Shown piece after piece: positions 57,466 through 64,000 of a stretch of DNA of 64,000 nt. The stretch is from an uncultured Bacteroidales bacterium (lineage in GTDB: Bacteria > Bacteroidota > Bacteroidia > Bacteroidales > JAADJA01), in NCBI GenBank assembly GCA_963749345.1, contig CAVVMO010000001.1, positions 1,011,336-1,075,335 of the forward strand, read 5' to 3'. The translations under genes were made by a program, and so were the position numbers. The notes below the pieces were generated by a model, which did not search any database, was not told the origin of the DNA, and worked only from the letters and a program-made list of their open reading frames with translations. Numbering within the stretch: the stretch's first letter is position 1; each line of letters starts with the position of its first letter.

Positions 57466-58129
57466 AATCCAAAACAAAAGTACTATCAGTCAAAGGTACA
57501 ATGCAACTTCATTTATAAACATTTGATTGTTGTTAAAATGCTATCCCCTTGAATTCAACTGAAGTAGATTGCGGAAAGATGATTTAGTAACAATGTATTG
57601 ATAAAAAAATGAGGCTTTCGTATAATTGAATAATGATATACCAAAGTCAGGCAGCCAAGGCCTTCCATGAATTTTTGTTTGGACAAGAATGTAATGACTA
57701 TAATTAAATTTTTTCAAAAATCAATAAAAACATATAAAATTTAATGACGGGGTTATTTAATAGTTCCTTTTTTATTCGTAATAAAATCTCCCCGTGTCAC
57801 CGCAAGTTTGTAATTTGTTGCAAGAAATACCAGCGCCTGTGTATGTCACATAGGATCCCCCCGCTGGCGCAAGCATCTCCCCCTTTAACATTAAAATATT
57901 TCCTCATTAAATTCAAATATTCTTAAATTTGCCTTACTCAAAAGCAGGAAATGAAGCAACGAACCTTTTCATACTTTTTAATTTCACTAAGGGAAAATGT
58001 AAATTTTATTCCCGTTTACACACCTGTATGGAACAAAAACGGGAATAAAGTTCATGTTATAGTAACGTAAACGTTCATTGTAAAAAAAGACAACAGACAA
58101 AAATAAATTAACCATTTAATTGTATAATT

Positions 58130-58930
58130 ATGAAAAAGAACTACAGAATTTGGATTTACTCATTAACATTAGTGGGTTTTATATTAGTTCTTGCAATTGG
58201 TTGTAAGAAAGATGAATCGCCATCAAAGAAAACTCCATTAATCACCTGGGCAAATCCTGAAGATATTGTTTATGGTACCTTGCTAAGCGCGACCCAGCTA
58301 AACGCCACAGCTGATGTAGAAGGTACCTTTTCTTACACTCCCCAGATTGGCACATTACTGGATGCAGGCGCTAATCAGGTTTTGAAAGTGTCCTTTACGC
58401 CAGCCGATGCCGAAGCCAACGATACCGCAAGCAAAACAGTGAAAATTAATGTACTTTATATAGGCGATAGCTATAGAGGTGGTAAAGTAGCCTATATTTT
58501 ACAAGCAGGAGACCCAGGCTATGCAGCTGCAGAAGCACACGGTTTAATAGCCGCACCAGGCGACCAAAGTACAGGCATACAATGGTATAATGGAAGCTAT
58601 ACAACAACAGGAGCAACTGCAACAGCATTAGGCACGGGGAATGACAACACAGCCACTATTGTTGCCAGTCAGGGAGCAGGCAGCTATGCAGCGAAATTGT
58701 GTTCTGATTTGGTATTAGGTGGCTATTCCGACTGGTTTTTACCCAGTAAAGATGAGTTAAATAAGCTCTACATAAACAGAGCAGCGATTGGTGGTTTTGC
58801 TAATGAAAACTATTGGAGTTCCAGCGAGGCCGGCACCAACGCCGCATGGAAGCAGAGCTTCACCACTGGCATGCAGGGTGGCCTCTATAAAAACAACGAC
58901 TACTATGTGCGCTCGGTTCGGGCTTTTTAA
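58130..58930 (+). CDS. Lipoprotein with an Ig-like N-terminal region and a C-terminal DUF1566 (Lcl C-terminal-like) domain
   Basis: 266-aa ORF with lipobox LAIGC. The C-terminus (GGYSDWFLPSKDELNKLY...NYWSSSE...AWKQSF...YYVRSVRAF) fits the DUF1566 pattern. Confidence 0.75.
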   Translation: MKKNYRIWIYSLTLVGFILVLAIGCKKDESPSKKTPLITWANPEDIVYGTLLSATQLNATADVEGTFSYTPQIGTLLDAGANQVLKVSFTPADAEANDTASKTVKINVLYIGDSYRGGKVAYILQAGDPGYAAAEAHGLIAAPGDQSTGIQWYNGSYTTTGATATALGTGNDNTATIVASQGAGSYAAKLCSDLVLGGYSDWFLPSKDELNKLYINRAAIGGFANENYWSSSEAGTNAAWKQSFTTGMQGGLYKNNDYYVRSVRAF

Positions 58931-59195
58931 CTATTTAACTATTTTGTGTTTTCAAGGAAACTGTAATTGCAGTTTTACGCTCGCATCCAGCCCGTCAGCC
59001 AACTGGCAAATTATTTAATTTGCACATTGAACAATCAGCACATTGATTAAACCGTTTTGTGACATCAAAAATGTAATTAGCTAATTTTGTTCATTGTTAA
59101 ATTCATGGGATTTAAATTGTAAAAAACCTCACTGCTTCAAGCCCTTGCTTGTACAGTAACATAACTCGTACTGTTAAAGTCCCTTATTTGTCTTT

Positions 59196-59245
59196 CCTCC
59201 GTGTTCCTCCGTGTCCCTCCATGCTCTCTGTATCTCGGTGGTTTT
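59196..59245. repeat. Five tandem ~10-nt units of the C-rich/GTG family (CCTCCGTGTT CCTCCGTGTC CCTCCATGCT CTCTGTATCT CGGTGGTTTT)
   Basis: Direct reading. The array ends 57 nt upstream of the IS3 left end. Confidence 0.8.
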
Positions 59246-59344
59246 CTTGTCTGATTATTATTTCCATTCCTCTGCTGATTTTAGATTATTGTGTTTGTCC
59301 ATGACTGAAATAGGTTGACCAAAAATAAGATAAAAAGTCAACTT

Positions 59345-59767
59345 ATGGAAACAAAGCAAAAAGGGAAAAAGGGGTTAAGGCTCCGACGTCATTTCAGTGT
59401 AGGGATAAAGAAACAAGTAGTAAGGGATATTGAAAAAGGAAAGTGTACTGTATTGGAAGCCAGTCGTGAGTTGGGAGTAAGTTTTCAAACTGTGTACCTC
59501 TGGCTTTATAAGTATAGTTTATATTTGCAAAAAAACAAGATACTTATAGTGGAAGATAAAAGCGAAGCCTATCGCAGCAAAGACCTTGAGAAACGGATAT
59601 TAGAATTGGAAGCTGTTTTGGGGCGCAAGCAAATGGAAATTGATTTGCTCAACAAAGTAATTGAACTGGCCAACGGAGAATACAAGACAGATTTAAAAAA
59701 AAGCATGTTAAAGAAGCCCTTGGATGGTTCCGGCTCAATAAAGGGATCAAGCACTTCTACAAGATGA
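59345..59767 (+). CDS. IS3 transposase OrfA (HTH plus leucine-zipper region)
   Basis: METKQKGKKGLRLRRHFSVGIKKQVVRDIEKGKCTVLEASRELGVSFQTVYLWLYKY..., followed by a coiled-coil region. The ATG at 59345 is preferred over the TTG at 59315, which lies inside IRL. Confidence 0.8.
   Translation: METKQKGKKGLRLRRHFSVGIKKQVVRDIEKGKCTVLEASRELGVSFQTVYLWLYKYSLYLQKNKILIVEDKSEAYRSKDLEKRILELEAVLGRKQMEIDLLNKVIELANGEYKTDLKKSMLKKPLDGSGSIKGSSTSTR
59695..59701 (+). promoter_or_regulatory. Programmed -1 ribosomal frameshift heptamer A_AAA_AAA in orfA
   Basis: The orfA frame reads TTA AAA AAA AGC. The -1 frame is open from here (KKHVKEALGWFRLNKGIKHFYK) into the orfB ATG at 59764, which would give an OrfAB fusion. 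Confidence 0.6.
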
Positions 59768-60696
59768 AAGAGTTATATTCGATAGCCAACATAAGTAAGC
59801 AGGCACTGTGGAAGCATGACAGGCGGCAGGAAACAGTCACAGCAATCACAGGGCAGATGGTAGATATAATGGAAGACATCAGACAACGACATAAACGTAT
59901 GGGATGCAGGCGGATGTACTATGCGACTCAGGGAACTTTACCTGTAGGCAGGGATCTGTTCGAGAAAATCGGTTTTGCCAATGGTTTCAAGTTGCGGCGT
60001 AAACCAAATACAATAAAAACCACCTGGGGTCAAAGAGTAGAGGTTCATCCCAACCTGATCGAAGGCAAAATACTCACTGACATCAACCAGGTGTGGCAAA
60101 GCGACATTTTCTACATCAAGATAGAAGGAAAAGACTATTACGGAGTAAGCATAGAAGATGTATACTCAAGAAAAATGCTATCCATGCACATTTCAAAAAG
60201 CCTGCAGGCAGAACAAGTTGAGAACGCCTTAAAAAAGGCAATCAAAGTAAGAAAGAACATGGATTTAACCGGCTGTATCTTTCATTCGGACCGTGGCAGC
60301 CAATACATCAGTACCCGGATAAAAAAACTCTTGCGCGACACACAAATGCAAATCAGTATGTGCAAAATACCGCAGGAGAATGCCTATGTCGAACGTGTGC
60401 AGGGAACCCTCAAGTACGAATACTTGTATGAATTTGATTTAACCGAAAAGAATTTGCCTAACACGATTCGTAAAATACTGGAATATTATAACAAGGAGCG
60501 CCCTCATAGTAACTTAAAGATGAATAATCCTGAAAGATTTGAATTAGAAGTTGAAAAGCTTGTTGAAAAACAACGTCCAAAACTCCAGATATACAAATGG
60601 ACTCATGGGGTATCAACAAAAGAAGATGATATTAACAAAAAAGAAAAAAGTAGCAAAAAAGAAAAAATGAATACAATAAAAACAAATAGTATTTAA
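59764..60696 (+). CDS. IS3 transposase OrfB (rve/DDE integrase core)
   Basis: 310-aa ORF containing WQSDIFYI (D), FHSDRGSQYIS (D) and ENAYVERVQGTLKYE (E). Its ATG overlaps the orfA stop (ATGA). Confidence 0.9.
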   Translation: MKELYSIANISKQALWKHDRRQETVTAITGQMVDIMEDIRQRHKRMGCRRMYYATQGTLPVGRDLFEKIGFANGFKLRRKPNTIKTTWGQRVEVHPNLIEGKILTDINQVWQSDIFYIKIEGKDYYGVSIEDVYSRKMLSMHISKSLQAEQVENALKKAIKVRKNMDLTGCIFHSDRGSQYISTRIKKLLRDTQMQISMCKIPQENAYVERVQGTLKYEYLYEFDLTEKNLPNTIRKILEYYNKERPHSNLKMNNPERFELEVEKLVEKQRPKLQIYKWTHGVSTKEDDINKKEKSSKKEKMNTIKTNSI

Positions 60697-60805
60697 TTGA
60701 AAAAAGTCAACCTATTTCAGGCAAGTACAGTTAATCAGATTTCATATATCCTATTTCGGATTTCAAAATTTATTTTACTTTTGCCACGTATTCAGGTCGA
60801 AAAAT

Positions 60806-62431
60806 ATGCGTCGTTTACTTACATTGCTTGCAGTGTTATTGTGTTTTGTTGGTTTTACCCAAACCGATACGGCAACTGTCATGTATTACAATGTTCTTAA
60901 CTATCCAGGTAGCACCGGGTCGCGGGTTCAGTATTTCAGAAAAATTAATCAATACATCAAACCCGATTTCGTTTTGATTACCGAATTGGTTTCTAACGCC
61001 GGAGCAGTCACCCTTCTGCAGGATGGCTTAAACGTTTTTGGCGAAACAAAGTATCAAAAAGCAACTTTCATTGATGGCCCCGATACCGACAACATGCTTT
61101 TCTACAATAGTGATAAGTTTACCCTCTATTCACAGGATACCATCGGAACCTTGCCCCGCAGGATGAATGAATATGTTCTCTATTACAACTTACAGCAACC
61201 GGCAGAAGATACTGTATTTTTCTATTTCTATGTGGCCCATCTGAAAGCCAGTACTGGGTTTGAATCTGAGCGCCTGGAAGAAGTCATGAAGTTTAAAAAT
61301 TATGTCAACAGCAAACTCAACATTGAAAACATGATTTTCGGTGGCGACCTGAACTTTTACAATGCTTCATCTGAGCCGGCTTACTGGGCCCTTATCAACG
61401 ATGGATTATACCCCCTCAATGATGTTTTGCCCGCAGGCGACTGGCACGAAGATCCTGCTTATGCATCTATTCATACCCAAAGTCCCAGGACAGCATCATT
61501 TGGCGGTGGGGCAAATGGCGGAATGGATGACCGTTTTGATTTTATGTTATTCACGGATGACATTCTTTCAGGATCAAACAATTTAAGTTACATTAATAAT
61601 TCCATTACTGCATTTGGTAACGATGGCCAGCATTTTAATGTGGCGCTTACTGATTCCCCGGTAAATACTTCACTTCCCGATTCCATAATTCAGGCTCTGT
61701 ACTATATGTCCGACCACCTGCCCGTTTTCAGCAAATTTATTATCCAGCCTGATGTTGTTTTTCAGAATTACGAACTTTCCTTAAAGGTATTTCTGGAAGG
61801 CCCTTTCAATGGTTCAGAAATGAGTACCGGCATAAATCCTGTTTTGCCACTAAGCGATCCCTATGTTGGAGCGCCCTGGTACGCAACCGACAGTGAACCT
61901 GTTGTCAGCATTCCAAACTCTGATATTGTCGATTGGGTTTTAGCTGAACTAAGGGATGCTCCCGATGCTGTATCTGCCGGTTCTGGAACAATCATCAGCC
62001 GGCAAACAGGATTTTTATTAAGGGATGGTACAATAAAAGGATTGGATGGCATGTCAAATCTACAATTCAACAATTCAATAATTCATCAATTATTTCTTGT
62101 CATCTGGCACCGAAATCACCTCGGAGTGATGAGCGCTTTCCCTCTCAGTTTGACAGGTAATTTCTTTAATTACGACTTTACAACCGGCACAGACAAAGCC
62201 TACCTCAACGGACAGAAACAGCTGGCTCCCGGAATTTGGGGGATGATTGCCGGCGATTGCGATGCCAACAGTGTGGTGAATGAAAATGACAAATCCTTAA
62301 TCTGGAAAAATCAAGGGGGGAATGCAGGTTATCTGCCTGGCGATCTTAATTTCAACGGGCAGGCTAACAATCCGGATAAAAACGAATTTATAATTATCAA
62401 CTTTCTGAATCACTCCAAAATTCCTCAGTAG
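60806..62431 (+). CDS. Secreted endonuclease/exonuclease/phosphatase (EEP) fold protein with a C-terminal dockerin-like module shared with the 1405-aa protein
   Basis: 541-aa ORF with a signal peptide. EEP-type blocks are VMYYNVLNYPG, FVLITEL, YVAHLKAS, IFGGDLNF, GGMDDRFDFML and MSDHLPVF. The C-terminal ~215 aa (nt ~61772-62428) begin KVFLEGPF and contain DCDANSVVNEND and DLNFNGQANNPD. Confidence 0.75.
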   Translation: MRRLLTLLAVLLCFVGFTQTDTATVMYYNVLNYPGSTGSRVQYFRKINQYIKPDFVLITELVSNAGAVTLLQDGLNVFGETKYQKATFIDGPDTDNMLFYNSDKFTLYSQDTIGTLPRRMNEYVLYYNLQQPAEDTVFFYFYVAHLKASTGFESERLEEVMKFKNYVNSKLNIENMIFGGDLNFYNASSEPAYWALINDGLYPLNDVLPAGDWHEDPAYASIHTQSPRTASFGGGANGGMDDRFDFMLFTDDILSGSNNLSYINNSITAFGNDGQHFNVALTDSPVNTSLPDSIIQALYYMSDHLPVFSKFIIQPDVVFQNYELSLKVFLEGPFNGSEMSTGINPVLPLSDPYVGAPWYATDSEPVVSIPNSDIVDWVLAELRDAPDAVSAGSGTIISRQTGFLLRDGTIKGLDGMSNLQFNNSIIHQLFLVIWHRNHLGVMSAFPLSLTGNFFNYDFTTGTDKAYLNGQKQLAPGIWGMIAGDCDANSVVNENDKSLIWKNQGGNAGYLPGDLNFNGQANNPDKNEFIIINFLNHSKIPQ

Positions 62432-62550
62432 AAGTAAAATAGATTTGCACCCAACTTCTTTTTCTCCCTTTGTTCGTAAGTTCATTTGTTAAAAATTTGT
62501 TAAATTTCCGGATAAATTTATTTTTGTATCGAAATATTTAAATAAATTTA

Positions 62551-62784
62551 ATGTCTGTCATTTATTTTCTTATTGGGGTTGGAGTTTTAGTAGCCGGAGG
62601 ATTTTTGTTTGCCTTTATCTGGGCTGTAAAATCAGGGCAATATGATGATGACTACACCCCTTCCGTTCGAATCCTGTTCGACAATTTTAAAACTGACAAC
62701 CAAGAGCCGGAGAAGCAAAATTCAGATCAACCGGTAAATGGAAAAAGCAAAGAGATGGAAAAATCCAATAATAACAAATCCTGA
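62551..62784 (+). CDS. ccoS: cbb3-type cytochrome oxidase assembly protein CcoS
   Basis: 77-aa ORF: MSVIYFLIGVGVLVAGGFLFAFIWAVKSGQYDDDYTPSVRILFDN, followed by a K/N/E-rich tail. Confidence 0.85.
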   Translation: MSVIYFLIGVGVLVAGGFLFAFIWAVKSGQYDDDYTPSVRILFDNFKTDNQEPEKQNSDQPVNGKSKEMEKSNNNKS

Positions 62785-62788
62785 ATTT

Positions 62789-64000
62789 ATGGCAATAGAG
62801 AAATTTACGTACGACAACAAAATTGCAAAGTACTTCGCAAACGCAACCATTGTATGGGGTGTTGTAGCTTTCCTGGTGGGATTAATAGCGGCTTTAGAGC
62901 TGATTTTCCCCGCCTTTAGCCTGAACCTTCAATACATTACCTTTGGCAGACTGAGACCTTTGCACACCAATGCTGCTATTTTTGCATTCGTTGGTAATGG
63001 CATCTTTGCAGCAATTTATTATTCAACCCCCCGGCTGCTTAAGACTCCAATGTTCAGCAAAACATTGAGTTTAATTAATTTCTGGGGATGGCAGCTGATC
63101 ATTGTCCTGGCAGCGGTTACCTTGCTTGCAGGGTTTACCACAGGAAAAGAATATGCCGAACTGGAATGGCCGGTCGATATTCTGATCGCTATCGTCTGGG
63201 TGATTTTCGGCTGGAACCTTATCGGCACCATGCTGCAACGGCGGACCAAACACATTTATGTGGCGATTTGGTTTTATATAGCCACGTTTGTCACGGTAGC
63301 CGTTCTCCACATTGTGAATTCTATTGAATTGCCGGTGTCTGTTTTAAAAAGTTATCCGGTGTATGCCGGCGTTCAGGACGCCCTTGTGCAATGGTGGTAT
63401 GGCCATAATGCGGTAGCGTTTTTCCTCACAACCCCGGTTTTGGGTTTAATGTACTATTTTATTCCCAAAGCTGCAAACCGTCCGGTTTATTCTTATAAGC
63501 TTTCGATCATTCACTTCTGGTCTTTGATCTTTCTTTATATCTGGGCAGGGCCGCATCACCTGTTATATTCCTCCACTCCTGATTGGGCTCAGGCATTGGG
63601 TGTTGTGTTTTCAATAGCTCTTATTGCACCGTCCTGGGGAGGTATGATCAATGGTTTGCTAACCCTGAGAGGAGCCTGGGATAAAGTCCGTGAGGACCCG
63701 GTTTTAAAAATGTTTGTTGTTGGCATCACAGCTTATGGTATGTCGACTTTTGAAGGTCCTTTGCTTTCATTAAAAAGCGTAAATGCCATCAGCCATTTTA
63801 CTGATTGGACCATTGCACATGTGCACATTGGAACTTTGGGCTGGAACGGGATGCTGATGTTCGGGATGCTTTACTGGTTGTATCCGCGTTTTTACAAAGT
63901 AAAATTATATTCAAAATCATGGGCCAATACCCATTTCTGGTTGGCTACATTAGGCATGCTTTTCTTTGCAATTCCACTCTATTTTGCTGGATTTACACAG
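62789..64000 (+). CDS. ccoN: cbb3-type cytochrome c oxidase subunit I (CcoN or fused CcoNO), N-terminal part; gene runs off the window end
   Basis: Own translation from the ATG at 62789: MAIEKFTYDNKIAKYF...RLRPLHTNAAIFAFVGN...VQWWYGHNAVAFFLTTP...GPHHLLYS...IAHVHIGTLGWNG... There is no stop up to position 64000. It is not in the ORF track because it is open-ended. Confidence 0.9.
   Translation, partial: MAIEKFTYDNKIAKYFANATIVWGVVAFLVGLIAALELIFPAFSLNLQYITFGRLRPLHTNAAIFAFVGNGIFAAIYYSTPRLLKTPMFSKTLSLINFWGWQLIIVLAAVTLLAGFTTGKEYAELEWPVDILIAIVWVIFGWNLIGTMLQRRTKHIYVAIWFYIATFVTVAVLHIVNSIELPVSVLKSYPVYAGVQDALVQWWYGHNAVAFFLTTPVLGLMYYFIPKAANRPVYSYKLSIIHFWSLIFLYIWAGPHHLLYSSTPDWAQALGVVFSIALIAPSWGGMINGLLTLRGAWDKVREDPVLKMFVVGITAYGMSTFEGPLLSLKSVNAISHFTDWTIAHVHIGTLGWNGMLMFGMLYWLYPRFYKVKLYSKSWANTHFWLATLGMLFFAIPLYFAGFTQ

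Larger units (their letters stand above)
59302..60723 (+). mobile_element. IS3-family insertion sequence (1422 bp), apparently intact
   Basis: IRL is TGACTGAAATAGGTTGAC (59302-59319). The reverse complement of IRR (60706-60723) is TGCCTGAAATAGGTTGAC, a 17/18 match with TG...CA ends. It has orfA plus a -1-frame orfB with a DDE integrase core. No matching target-site duplication was seen (flanks cca / agt). Confidence 0.85.

Noticed and set aside
57744-57926. 60-aa ORF in the 1-kb non-coding gap
   Set aside because: It has a Cys/Lys/Pro-rich composition and no plausible start context. It spans the TYCCC-N7-CGCAAG motif copies and the palindrome, so it is more likely non-coding.
59022-59046. 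Direct repeat GCACATTGA x2 as a LytTR binding site
   Set aside because: The repeat period is 16 nt rather than the ~21-22 nt typical of characterised LytTR sites. It also lies downstream of the DUF1566 gene rather than in a promoter, so the evidence is too weak.
60697-60900. 67-aa ORF spanning the IS3 right end and the EEP gene start
   Set aside because: It crosses the IS terminal repeat and overlaps the signal-peptide-bearing EEP ORF in another frame.
49205-62450. Inverted 9-mer GATTTGCAC near both island borders (about 49208-49216 and 62442-62450) as att or terminal repeats
   Set aside because: A single 9-bp match across two ~300-bp regions is within chance expectation, and I could find no extended similarity.

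Overview
All calls below come from reading the sequence and the supplied ORF translations by eye. No database search, HMM or folding program was run.

This is a 64-kb chromosomal segment from an AT-rich Bacteroidota-type genome. Supporting markers are T9SS porV, a gldA/F/G-like ABC cassette, a guaB-PPIase-SurA-MoxR block, an atpBEFHAG operon without atpDC, and cbb3 oxidase genes. About 55 protein-coding genes are supported.

Most of the window (1-49 kb) is housekeeping:
- a partial M14 carboxypeptidase
- a frame-broken DUF1343/NamZ-like gene
- two paralogous ~1,050-aa BNR/sortilin-like secreted proteins
- dodecin, DUF3109, photolyase and ferritin
- ATP synthase genes, a MazF/RHH toxin-antitoxin pair, pdxH and smpB
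- the ABC/GldG/DUF4340 cassette, ispF, porV and guaB
- three PPIase/SurA-type genes, MoxR and a PyrD-like protein
- an ankyrin/beta-barrel operon and a RAYT (IS200-like Y1 transposase) cassette flanked by REP-like hairpins

The most unusual part is a 13.4-kb accessory segment (49.1-62.5 kb) lying between ccoI and ccoS-ccoN. It carries:
- a 1405-aa lectin-type surface protein with a FISUMP-like C-terminus
- a GC-rich orphan ORF
- an FG-GAP-propeller LytS-type histidine kinase with a LytTR regulator
- a degenerate tRNA-like gene bracketed by hairpins
- a DUF1566 lipoprotein
- an intact IS3-family element with a -1 frameshift site
- a secreted EEP-fold enzyme that shares a dockerin-like module with the giant protein

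A second recurring oddity is that several intergenic spacers are built almost entirely from degenerate 7-nt tandem repeats. A C-rich/GTG ~10-nt repeat family is also present. No rRNA genes or CRISPR arrays were seen.
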